The notes under the pieces are model-generated. The model did no database searches. It saw nothing but the letters and a program-made list of their open reading frames with translations, and was not told the origin of the DNA. A stretch of DNA of 64,000 nucleotides from Pristiophorus japonicus (Eukaryota). The translations under genes and the position numbers were made by a program. Positions 24,705 to 36,680 of the stretch are shown piece by piece. The stretch is from the NCBI RefSeq assembly GCF_044704955.1, contig NC_091987.1, forward strand, positions 26,288,001 to 26,352,000, in the 5' to 3' direction. Every line of letters begins with the position of its first letter. The stretch's first letter is position 1.

Positions 24705-25640
24705 GATACATAGTAGCAGGTGTAGGCCATATACAGCTCCTCGAGACTGCTCTGCAATTCAATACGATCATGGCTGACCTGATCTTGTCCTCAACTCCAA
24801 TTTTCTTCCTGCTCTCAGTAATCATTGACCCCCCTATAGTACAAGAATCTATCTGCCTCAGCCTTGACTATATTGAATGACTCAGTCTCCACAGCTCAAT
24901 GTGGTAGAGATTTCTAAATATACACAAAGCACTGAGAAAGTAAATTCCTCCTCATCTCCATTCTAAATGGTCGACCCCTTATTCTGAAGCTATGCCCCCT
25001 AGATCTCGACCCCCCCATGAGGATCCTCTCAGCAGGAATCCTTTGAAGCCCCCTCGGGATCTTACACGTTTAAATATAATCACCTCTCATTCTTCTAAAC
25101 TCCAAAGAGTATAGGCCCAACCTGCTCAAACGTTCCTCATAAGACTGCACCTTTCTTCCCAGGAACCAACCTAATGAACCTTCTCTGAACAGCCACCAAT
25201 GCAAGTATATCCTTCCTTAAATAATGAAACCAAAACTGTACGCGGTACCCTTGGCGCAGTTTCACCAACATTTTGTCCAGTAGGAGCAGGACTTCTCTGC
25301 TTTTATATTCCATCCCCCTTGCAATAAAGGCCAACATTCCATTTTGCCTCCCTGATTACTTCCTGAACCAGCATGCTAACTTTTTATGTTTCATGTACGA
25401 GGACACCTAGGTCCCTCTGTATCGCAATATGCTGTAGTCTCTCTCCATTTAAATAACATTTTGCTTTTCTATTCTTCCCAGCAAAGTGTATAACCTGCCA
25501 TTTTGCAAACATTATACTCCATCTGCCAAATTCTTGCCCTCTCCCTTATCCTTTATATGTTCCTTTGTAGACTCTTTGCTTCCTCCTTTCAACTTTCTTT
25601 CCCGACTCTCTTTGTATCGTCAACAAATGTGGCTATATTA
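24705..25640 (-). mobile_element. Degraded CR1 3' fragment
   Basis: ORF 25137-25337 MLAFIARGMEYKSREVLL. Confidence 0.8.
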
Positions 25641-26574
25641 GGGCTATGGGTATTGATCAGGGCGTGGTAGCCCCACTAATTGGGTAGTTGTGTGATAAAG
25701 ACTGCGCAGGCAAGATGGTATCCTTGTGTGCTCAGTGAATTTTTGCAGTGGTGTGTGAGTGCTGCACTATTCGAACAGAATTGCCTTGAATGTACCATGC
25801 AGAAACGGGCCATTCGGCCCAACTGATCCATGCTGGTGTGTATGCTCCAAGCAAGCCTCCCCACCACCGTAATTCATCCAACCCTACCAGCATAATCTTC
25901 AATACGTTTTTTCAAATATTTGATTAACTACATTTCCCTAAAATGCTTCTATGTTATTTGCCTCAATTGCATCTTCTGTAGCGAAATATGCATTCTCATT
26001 ACTCACTGGGCAAATAAGCTTCTCCTGGATTTCCTATTGGTTTTCAATCGTCTTGCTTTTTTTCTGTCTTTCTAGATTTCTTTCTTTCCTCCGCAATTCT
26101 CTTATTCAGTTTCGTTTCTACTTCTTTCTTTCCTCTTCCATATTTCTGTCCTTCTTTCTTTCCATTTTTCTATATTTCATATTGCGGAAGGAGATGTGGG
26201 CTTCGCTGACAAGGCCCGCATTTATTCACCATCACTAATTTCCCTTGCGGAGATGGTTCTGAGCCGTCCTCTTGAAACTGCTGAGTGTCCTGCTAGGCCC
26301 GTAAAGATGGCAGTTAAGAGTCAAGCACATACTGTGGGTCTCGAGTCACTTATAGGCCAAACCAGGTAAGGATGGCTGATTTCCTGCTCAAAGGACATTA
26401 GTGAACGAATGGGTTTTACAACATGGCCAGTATTACAGGTACTAGCTTTGTGTTCCAGATGTATTTAATTAACTGAAATTAACAAATTCCCTCGCTGCCG
26501 TGATGGGATTTGAACTCACATTAGTCCAGCCTCTGTTCAGTAACATAACCACTATTCTACCATACCCCATTCTC

Positions 26575-27112
26575 CCCTCTACACTTGACTATTCCAGTGC
26601 ACACCTGGCTGGCCTCGCATATTCTACCCTTTTTTCAGCGTTGTCTTAACTCCCATCATGTCCCGCTCACCCATCACCCTTCTGCTCAGTGAGCTGCATT
26701 GGCTCCCGTTTAAGCACCACCTAGATTTCAAAATTCCCATCCTTGTTTTCAAGTCCCTGCATGGCCTCGCCCCTCCCTCTGCCTGTAATCTCCTCCTGCT
26801 CCACGACACCCCTGAGGTGTCTGCTCTAATTCTGCCCTTTGAGCATCGCTGATTATAATCGTTCAACAATTGGCAGCCGTGCCTGCTGTTGCCTGGGCCT
26901 CAATCTCTGGAACATGCTGCCGAAACATCTCCGCCCCTGTGCCTCTCTTTCATCATTCAGGGGCTCCTTAATACCTGTTTCTGTGACTACCTGCCCTAAT
27001 TTCTGCTTATGCGGTTCGGTGTTAAATTATTATCTCTCATAACAGTTCTGTGACGCGCCGTGGGTCGTTTCATTTATTTAATATCGCAATCTAAATGTGA
27101 GTTGTTGATGTT
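26575..27112 (+). mobile_element. L2-clade LINE 3' end
   Basis: PIT.LLSELHWLP...DFKI..LVFKSLHGLAP motif (ORF 26658-26852); TGT-rich tail. Confidence 0.7.
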
Positions 27113-27330
27113 TATTCCTTCTTTCTGAATTAGTTTTCGCATGTTATCTTTATTTTTTCTTTCTCTCTCTCGATTCCTTGATCTGCTCTTTGTAAATTTA
27201 ATTCTTGGTGGTTTTCACCATTTTGTGTGAAAGCTGCTTGAAATCGAAGAAACCACAACATCTGCCTCTCCCTTCCCCCCACCCTGTGTTAAACTCGGTC
27301 GCTGGTGTGACAGAGGTGTCACGGTGCAAA

Positions 27331-27368
27331 GGTTTTTGTCAGGGCCCAGGTGGGTTTGTAACGCTGTG
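27331..27368 (-). other. RSS with a 22-bp spacer
   Basis: CACAGCG (27368-27362), 22-nt spacer, consensus nonamer ACAAAAACC. Confidence 0.88.
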
Positions 27369-27677
27369 CCCCATCAGCAGCCGCGCAGTAATACACCGAC
27401 GCATCCATTTGCTTCACGCTATTCAACTTTAAACTGGACATCTTGTCGTTCAGAGTTCGGCTGATCACATATCCCGTTTTGAACCCCTCTCCATACTCAG
27501 CTTTGCCGAATTTATAGAAATATCCGATGAAGGTGAATCCTTGGCCGCGAGACTGCCGATACCAGAGCACATTGTCGCGGGCCGTTCCATTCTGATAACA
27601 GTTTAACACAGCGGATTCTCGCTCCTTTAGGGCCATCCAATGGGGCCATTGATGCACCATGTCTCCCCGGGAACCAC
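27369..27677 (-). CDS. TRBV: TCR beta-like V exon, apparently functional
   Basis: Acceptor TTTGCAG; VHQWP..AVLNCYQNGT..VLWYRQSRGQGFTFIGY..DASVYYCAAADG; no stops; both Cys, the Trp and WYRQ intact. Confidence 0.9.
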
Positions 27678-28252
27678 CTGCAAACCAACGATCCGAGAAA
27701 TATATTGATCTAACACTGAAGTGCACGCGTACTCTGAGTCAATTGCTGATATACCAGCGATTTGACGCACAAATTGTTCATATATACCGGAATTAATGCA
27801 ACGGTAACACATTTAAACTAGTTATCCCAATCCCCAAACCCTACGTGAAAAGATCCTAATACATTACTTGAAGAAGAGCTGCGGCGTCCTAGGAGAATAT
27901 TTATTCCTGAAACAATCTCACTAAAAATAGATAATCTGGTTGTATCCCGGTTATGTTTATGGGATCTTGTTTTGCGCGATTTCGCTGCCGCCTTTTCGAC
28001 ATTACAACAGTAACTACACTTCACAAACACATAACTCGGGATGTCCTGAGGTTGCGCAATTTAAAAGCAAGTCTTTCCTTCTTTGTTAAATAAAACATTC
28101 ATATAGAAGACGAATAAATAAAGTCTAATAACTGATAGTACTTTGGCACAGCTGATTAAATCGGTATGTCTTTTTGTCATTTCCACATTTATACAAAATT
28201 AAAATTAAAGGGACAAAACAGAGATGAGGTATTGGCTCAATGCCATTCTTAC

Positions 28253-28298
28253 ACAGCAGCAGAAATAAAACCGTCAGTTGGAGAACATTGAAAAGCAT
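28253..28298 (-). CDS. TRBV: Leader exon (MLFNVLQLTVLFLLL) of the 27369-27677 V
   Basis: 46 nt, donor GTAAGA, in-frame splice (T+GT = Cys). Confidence 0.87.
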
Positions 28299-28394
28299 CG
28301 TGGCGGTAAGATGCAATCCGATGGCTGCTGTTTTTGCACGCAGCGGAATGACCAAGTCTTAAATCCGCTTGAGATTATTTGTCATAACTTCAGA

Positions 28395-28527
28395 GCGGAA
28401 GTTAAATCGAAAAGCTAGAACCACTGCTACATCCCGGAAGTTGCATCAAATAGCAGCACACGCCCCTACACCCCGGAAGTTTCATCAAACTTCTGACCAT
28501 GGACCTAAGCCTCGGAAATTGCATCAA
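28395..28527 (-). promoter_or_regulatory. V promoter with four ETS sites at a 39-bp period, three joined to TT(G/T)CATCA
   Basis: GGAA starts at 28397, 28436, 28475 and 28514. Confidence 0.65.
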
Positions 28528-28653
28528 TTTCTGTAATCACCCATTTATCTTGTTATCCTCCTTTCTTCACTTGTTTACTTTTCTCTACTGTTGTTATCCA
28601 TTTCCTTTAAATCCTTGCTTTCCTGTCGTTCATCTTTCCTTCCTTCCATTTAG

Positions 28654-31600
28654 AAGCATAGAAACGTAGAAATTTACAGCGCAGAAGGAGGACATTCCTG
28701 CCCGCCGTGTCAGCCCGACAAGGAGCTGCATGGCCCTAGGTCAGCAGCCCTAAAGGTTATATACAAACCCATGAACAATGATGGAAAGGCAAAGAGCACC
28801 CAGCCCAACCAGTCCACCTCAAACAACTGCAAAACCCCTTATACTGAAACATTCTACACTCCACCCTAACCAGAGCCATGTGATCTCCTGGGAGAGGCAA
28901 GAAACAGATAAAAACCCAACCCAATTGAGGAAGAAAAAATCTGGGAAATTTCCTTTCCGAGCCATTCAGACAATCAACGCTAGTCCAGGAGATCCCACTG
29001 TCCGTATTCTATTCCCTGCAGTGCTGACCAATATATATGCGCCGTCCAACCAAAGGTTATCCAGTCTAATCCCAATTACCAGCTCTAGGTCTGATACCCT
29101 GCAAGTTACTGCATTTTAAGTGCCCATCCAACCATCTCTTAAAAGTAGTGACCCTTTCTGCACCACTCATCCAGGCAGCGAGTTCCAGATCTCCACAACC
29201 CTTTGCTTAAACACGACCCCCACCCCCGCCCCGGCAAATCCCCTCTAAACCTTCCAACAATCACCTTAAAACTATGCCTCCTCAGAATAGACCCCTGCAC
29301 CAATGGAGATAGACCCTTACTGTCCACTATGCCCAGGCCCCTCAATATGTTGTACACCTCGATGACGTCTCCTCTCAACCTCCTCTGTTCCAAAGAGAAC
29401 AAACCCAGCCTATCCAATCTGTCCTCATAACTAAGATTCTCCATTCCAGGCAGCACCTATTAAATCTCCTCTGCACCCTCTCGAGTGCAATCACATCCAT
29501 TCTATAATACGGCGACCAGAACTGAACACTGTACTCCAGCTGTGGCCTAACCAAAGTATTATACAATTGAAGCATAACCTCCCCACTCTTACATTCTATG
29601 CCTCGGCCAATAAACGCAAGCATTCCATATGCAGAGAAACATAGAAACATACAAAATAGGTGCAGGAGTAGGCCGTTTAGCCCTTCGAGCATGCACCACC
29701 ATTCAATAAGATCATGGCTGATTATTCACCTCAGTAGCCCTTTCCTGCTTCCTCTCCATACCCCTTGATCCCTTTAGCCATAAGGGCCAAATCTATCTCC
29801 CTCTTGAATATATCCAACGTACTGGCATCAATAACTCTCTGCAATAGGGCATTCCACAAATTAACAAATCTCTGATTGAAGAAGCTTCTCCTCATCGCAG
29901 TCCTAAATGTCTTACCCCTTATGCTTAGACTGTGTCCCCTGGTTCTGGACTTCCCCAACATCGGGAACATTCTTCCTGCATTTAACCTGCCCAGTTCCAT
30001 CAGAATTTTATATGTTTCTATGAGATCTCCTCTCATCCTTCTAAACTCCAGTGAATAAAGGCATAGTCGATCCAATCTGTCCTCATATGTCTCCTGCTAT
30101 TCCAGTAATCAGTCTGGTGAATCTTTGCTGTACTCCCTCAACAGCAAGAACGTCCTTCCTTTGATTAGGAGATCAAAACTGAACACAATATTCCAGGTGA
30201 GGCCTCACCAAGACCTTGTATAACTGCAGTAAGACATCCCTGCTCCTATACTCAAATCCCCTAGCTATGAAGGCCAACATATCATTTGTCTTCTTCACCG
30301 CCTGCTGTACTTGCATGCCAACCTTGAAGGACTGATGTACCATGACACCCAGATCTCGTTGCACCTCCCCTTTTACTAATCTGCCACCATTCAGATAATA
30401 TTCTGCCTTCGTGTTTTTACCCCAAAGTGGATAACCTCACATTTATCCACATTATACTGCATCTTCCATGCATTTTCCCATGCACATAATCTGTCCAAGT
30501 CAACCTGCAGCCTCTTAGCGTCCTCCTCACAGCTCACACCGCCACCCAGTTTAGTGTCATCTGCAACATTGGAGACACTAAATTCAATTCCTTTATCTAA
30601 ATCATTAATGTATATTGTAAATAGCTGGAGTCCCTGCACTGAGCCCTGCGGCACCCCACTAGTCACTGGCTGCCATTCTGAAAATGACCCGTTTATCCCG
30701 ACTCTCTGCTTCCTGTCTGCCAACCAGTTCTCTATCCACGTCAGTACCTTACCCGCAATACCATGTGCTTTAATCTTGCGCATCAATCTCTTGTTTGGGA
30801 CCTTGTCAAAAGCCTTTTGAAAGTCCAAATGCACCACAACCACTTGTTCTCCCTTGTCCACTCTATTAGTTGCATCCTCAAAAAAGCCTTCTTAACCACC
30901 TTATCTGCCTGGCCTGCTAAATTCAGGGATCTATGGACAAGCACTCCAAGGTCCCTTTGTTCATCTACACTATTAAGTGGCCTACTACTTAATGTGTATA
31001 TCTTTCCTTATTAGCCCTCCCAATGCACATCACCTCAATCTTCTCTGAATTAAATTCCATTTGCCACTGCTCTGCCCACTTGACCAGTAGATTGATATCC
31101 TCCTGTAGCCCATGACTTTCCTCTTCAGTATCAACCTGCATCCAACTTTAGTTTCGTCTGCAAACTTCGTAATCGTACTCCTTATATGCAAATCTAAATC
31201 GTTGATATATACCACACTAAGCAAGGGACCCAGAACTGAGCCCTGCGGAACCCAACTGGAAATAACTTTCCAGTCACAAAAACATCCATCAAGCATTATC
31301 CTTTGCTTTCTACCTCCAAGCCAATTTTGGATCCAATTTGCCACTTTGCCCATTATCCCATGGGTTTTAAACTTCATGACCAGTCTACCATGTGGGACCT
31401 TATCAAAAACCTTGCTAAAGTCCATATATAGTCCAGCGTATGCACTACCCTCATCGCACATCTTAATTATCTCCTCAAAAGATTCAATCAGGATAGTCAA
31501 AACGATCTTCCCTTAACAAATCATTGCTGACTGTCCCTAATTAATTCTTGGATTTCCAAATGTAGATTTGCCAGTCTTTCAGGATTTTTTCCAATAATTT

Positions 31601-33935
31601 CCCATCACTGAGGTTAGGCTGACAGGTCTGTAATTACTCGGCCTATCCCTTTTTCCCTTCTTAAACAAGGGTACAACATTAGCTGTCCTCCACTCCTCTG
31701 GCTTCATGCCCAGATTCAAAGAGTACTGGAAAATGATGGTCAAGGCCTCTGCTATTTCCTCTTTTATTTGGTTCAACAGCCTGCGATGCATTTCATACGG
31801 GTCTGGTGTCTTATCGAATTTCAAAGTTGCTAAACCGCTTAATGCTTCCTCTCTCACTATATTTATTTCAACCAGAATATCACACACCTCCTCGATAGCA
31901 GTATCTGCATTACCCCTTTCCTTTGTGAAAACAGATGCAAAGTTTTTGTAAAGAACCCTACCAATATCTTCCGCCTCCACACAAAGATTACCATCATGGT
32001 CTCTAATGGCCCCCACCCTTTCTTTAGTTACCCTCTTAGTCTCAACATATTTATACAACATCTTAACGTTTACCTTAATTTCGCTGGCCAAGAATTTCTC
32101 GTGCTCTCTCTTCGCATTCCTAAAGTCCGTTTAAATTTTGCCACTTATCTTTCTATATTCCTCTAAAGATTCTAAAACATTTAGCCATTGCTATATGACA
32201 TAAGCATCCCTTTTTTCCTTAATCCTCCCCTGTAAGTCCCTAGTCATCCAGGGAGCTCTAGAAATATTTTTTCCAACCTTTTTCTTTAAGGGCATATGTT
32301 TGGCCTGAGCCGTCCGGATCTCCTCCTTGTATTCCTCCCACTGTTCCGACACGGATTTACCACAGTAGCCATTTCCAGTCCACTATGGCCAAATCATGCA
32401 CTAACATAGCAAAATGTCCTCAATTCGGAACTTTTAGTCCAGTCCGATTCTTGTCCTTATCCATAACCAACTTGAATCTGACTGAATTATGGCCACTGGC
32501 ACCAAGTGCTCCGCCACGAATACCCCTTCAACCTGCCCATCTTTATTCCCTAAAACGAAATTCAAGACCGCCCCCTGTCGTTTGGGGCTTGCTACATACT
32601 GACTAAAAAAGTTCTCTTGAACGCATTTGAAGCTCCCTCTATACACTTCACGCTATATTTGTCCCAATCAATATTTGGAGAGTTAAAGTCCCCGACTATT
32701 ACCACCCTGTGCTTTAGACTTCGCAGCAATGTGCCTACATATTTGCTCCTCTATCTCCCTCCCACTGTTTAGGGGTCTGTACTGTGATCGCCCATTTTTT
32801 ATTTTTCAATTCGACCCATATGGCCTCATTTGATGATCACTCTAAGGTATCATCCCTTCGCACCACTGTAATAGTTTATTTAATTAGTACTACAACCCCC
32901 AAACCCCTCCTTTTACCTCCCTCTCTATCTTGACTAAAAATCCTGTAGCCAGGAATATTGATCTTTCAAACCTGCCCCTCTTTCAGCCATATCTCTGTAA
33001 CGGCTATAATGTCATACTCCCAAGTGTCTACCTGTGCTCTTAGCTCATCTGCCTTATCGCTATACTCCTCGCATTAAATTATATACCATTCAGAACAGGA
33101 AGACCTCCTTGCTTACTACGTACTAAGCCCTGTTTCCTCTGTCTTACAGATTCACTTTCTAGATTTTTGCTATCCAATTTCTGCTTTACTTCCTTCCCTT
33201 TTGAATTCGTTCCCAGGATCCCACCTCCCTGCCAAGCTAGATAACTTCTCCCCAACAACACTAGCAAAACTCCCCGTGATGATATTGGTCCCTGCGCTGT
33301 TGAAATGCAAGCCATCCGGTTTGTACAGGTCCCATCTCCGCCAGACAAGGTCCCAATGTTTCAAGAATTTAAAGCCCTCCCTTCTGCATCAACTTACCAG
33401 CCACGTGTTCATCCTCTCTTTCCTTCTACTCTTATACTCATTAGCACGTGGCACCGGTAGTAACCCGCAGATTACTACCTTTGAGGTCCTACGCTTTAAT
33501 TTTCTTCCTCGCTCGCTGAAATCTTCCTGTAAGACCTCACTCCTCATTTTACCTACGTCGTTGGTCCCGATATGGACCACGATCTCAAGCTGTTTACCCT
33601 CCCCCTCCAGAATGCCCTGCGTCCGCTTTGTGACATCCTTGACCCTGGCACCAGGGATGCACAAAACCATTCAGGAGTCACGTCTACGGCCGCAGAAACG
33701 CCTGTCTGCTCCCCTAACTATCGAAACCCCTATTACAGGGGCACTTTTTTCGCCGTCCCTCAGCCCTGTACAGCTGGGTCACCCCTGGTGCCTTGGAATT
33801 TCCTCGGGCTGCACTCCCCAGAGGCACCATCATCCTTACCGATACTCAGAAGTGAATATCGATTTGAAAGCGGGATGGACTCACAGGGGGACTCTGCGCT
33901 AGCTGCATAGCATATGTATTACCTCTGGTGGTTAG
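28654..33935 (-). mobile_element. Long CR1 (family with a long 3' UTR; ORF1 esterase plus ORF2), interrupted at 29633-30886 by a second CR1
   Basis: ORF1 PGARVKDV..VVHIGTNDV..LLPVPR..DGLH; RT motifs; host CCATATGC|CTTCTTAACC rejoins across the nested copy. Confidence 0.88.
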
Positions 33936-34161
33936 CACTTCCCCTTGTTTTAATAAGTCGCAAGATCCTGATTAATAAGTTACTGTTGCCAATACAAACA
34001 AACATTGAAAGCAAAAAGCGTGGGTAATTCATTGGTGACATAAGAATATTAGAAGTAGGAGCAGGAAAAAGCCAGACGGTCCTTCCACCCTTCTCCGCCA
34101 TTCAATGTGATCATAGCTGATCATCGACCTCCACTCCTCTTTTCTGCCCGATCTCCATATC

Positions 34162-34348
34162 CAGGGATGATGCTCATACCACGTCACTATAAAAGAACAG
34201 GCATGAGGAAGATTGATCGCGTTTTCATTTTGTGCCAAATGGACGGACTGTAAAAGCGTCACAGAACCAGCGTAGTTGACCTTTAAGGTGACTCGTAGAG
34301 CTGCTGCAACATTTTTTCAATCTCTGCCTCGGCATCTGGAGGCACGGG
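34162..34348 (-). pseudogene. Possible 5' half of a degenerate V exon; copies at ~43184-43370 and ~52262-52444
   Basis: MLQQ../VTLKVNYAGSVTL(x)CS../VTWYEHHP with frameshifts, truncated by a CR1 tail, downstream of a leader-like exon. Confidence 0.35.
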
Positions 34349-35566
34349 CTACAATGGAGCTACTGCGTCAGCTAGTGACGGCAATCTGCAACTACATGAA
34401 CTTGGCAGCAGCACAGTGTTACCAATAAAGTCGGCATTTTGAAGTCATGGCGTGACATAGTTCCATCTTCCAATTATTCTATTCTCAACTTCAGGTGTTG
34501 ACGCTTGTTTCATAGAACAAGATTGAATTGCACTGCACCGCGGTAGAATTGACGAATTGGATTATTTAGATCATTAATTGTGCTTTAAAACATAAGAACT
34601 TAAGAAATAGGGGCAGGATAAAGCCATTCAGTCCCTGGAGCCTGCTCCTCCATTCAATAAGATCATCGTTGATCTGATATTGGCCTCAAGTCCAATTCTC
34701 TGCCTGTTCCCAATAACCCTTCAAACCCCTGTAGTTCAAAAATCTATCTATATCCGCCTTAATTGCATTCAATGAAACAGCCTCGAAAGATATCTGGGAT
34801 AGAGTATTCCAAAGTTCACGATAATTTGAGAGAGGAAATTCCTCCTAATAATGTCTTAAATGGACGACCCCTCATTCACAAACAAACCCCCTGTTTCTAG
34901 AAGCCGCCACGAGGGAAAACATCGGATCAGCGTCTACCCTGTCAAGTCCCCTCAGAATGTAAACTCCAGTGAGTATAGCCCAAAACTGCTCAACCTTTCC
35001 TCATAAGACAAGGCTTCATCTCCGGACTGAACCCAGTGAAATTTATCTGAAGGGCCACAATTCAACTATATCACTCCTTAAATAAAGAGACCAAAACTGC
35101 TCGAGGTGTGGTCTCACCAACGCCCTGTACAGTTGTAGCAAGACTTCCTTACATGCATACTCCATCCCCTTGCAATAAAGGCCAACATTCCATTTGCCTT
35201 CCTAATTATTTGCTGTACCTGCATTCTAACTTTTTGTGTTTCATGTACGAGGATACCCAGATCGCACTGCGCCACAGCATTCTGTAGTCTCTCTCCATTT
35301 GAATAATAATTTGCTTTTTTATTCTTCCTACGAAACTGGATTACCTCACCTTTTCCAACATTGTACCCCATCTGCCAAATCATTGCCCACTTACTTAACC
35401 TGTCAATATCCTTTGCAGGCTCGTTGTGTCCGTTTTACATCGTGCTTCCCTACCCATAATTGTATCATCAGTAAATTTGGCTACAGTATAGTATACTCCG
35501 TCTTTTCATCCAAGTCTTTTTATTCGGACAAATCTAGAAACATGATTACAAATGCATGTAATATAC

Positions 35567-35612
35567 TTAAAGGCAGAAAGAGAAAACCAAGGATGATGGA
35601 AGTGCAGTGCAT
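35567..35612 (-). pseudogene. Leader-like exon MHCTSIILGFLFLPL (unit 1)
   Basis: 46 nt to GT (weak donor GTATAT); upstream resembles the 28298 promoter, with TAACGTCA and GCGGAAGT. Confidence 0.55.
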
Positions 35613-36069
35613 CGTTGCTGCAGATGTAATACACATTCGGCTGTTTGATGCGGCTTTCATGGAGAGACGCTGTTTGAGAGCAGGCAAAATATAACGTCAT
35701 AAGCGGAAGTTATTACATGGTAATTGGCGATGGCTTGTCCCGAGCTTTTGTTTCTATCTTTCTTCCTTTAATTCGTTGTTTATTTATGTCATTCTAACTT
35801 GCATTTCTATTGCACCTCTCATGACTTCAGAATGTTCCCAAGAATTTTACAACCAATAAAGTGCAGTCACTGTTGCAATGTAGGAAACGCGTTGGTCAAT
35901 TGCAAAGAGCAAGCTCCCACAAACAGCAATGTGATATTTACCAGATAATCTGTTTTAATTATTTTGCCTCAGGAATAAACAGTGCTCAGGACACCATGCG
36001 AACTTTTCTGCTCTTCGAAATACTGTCAGTGAGGAATTTTACGTCCAGTTGAGAGTTTACTTACACCCT

Positions 36070-36680
36070 CTGTACTCCCACTGCGACAGTTCTGCACCAG
36101 CTCAGCACTGCGCCTTCAAGAGTGCAGCATTCCCTCAATACTGCCGCTTCGACAGGGCAACTGTCCCTCAGTACTGGTCCTCCAACATTACAGCATTCCC
36201 TCAGTACTGCCCCTCTGACAGTGCGGCGCTCCCTCAGTGCTACACTTCTGACAATGCAGCCCTCAGTCGGTAGTGCACGTCAGACAGTGCAGCATTCCCT
36301 CAGTACTGCCCCTCAGACAGTGCAGCACCTCCTCAGTACTGCCCCTCCGACAGTGCAGCACTCCCTCAGTAGTGCGCCTCCGACAGTGCAGCGCTCCCTC
36401 AGTAGTGCGCCTCAGACAGTGCAGCACTCCCTCAGTACTGTCGCTCGAACAGTGCAGCGCTCCCTCAGAACTGTCGCTGTGACAGTGCGGTGCTCCCTCA
36501 GTACTGTCCCTGTGACAGTGCAGCAATCCCTGAGTACTACCCTTCCGACGGTGCAGCGCTCCATCAGTACTGTCCCTGTGACAGTGCAGCACTCCCTGAG
36601 TACTACCCCTCCGACGGTGCAGCGCTCCCTCAGTACTGTCCCTGTGACAGTGCAGCACTCCCTGAGTACTGCCCCTCCGA
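36070..36680. repeat. 33-bp minisatellite (CAGTGCAGCACTCCCTCAGTACTGCCCCTCCGA)n; copies at ~45090-45760 and ~54170-54778
   Basis: Direct reading; 11-aa periodicity in the overlapping ORFs. Confidence 0.92.

Noticed and set aside
34412-34450. CACAGTG on + as an inverted RSS, or YCAAA-like coding on -
   Set aside because: No nonamer; heptamer not kept in the other two copies (CACAGTA); no upstream V framework
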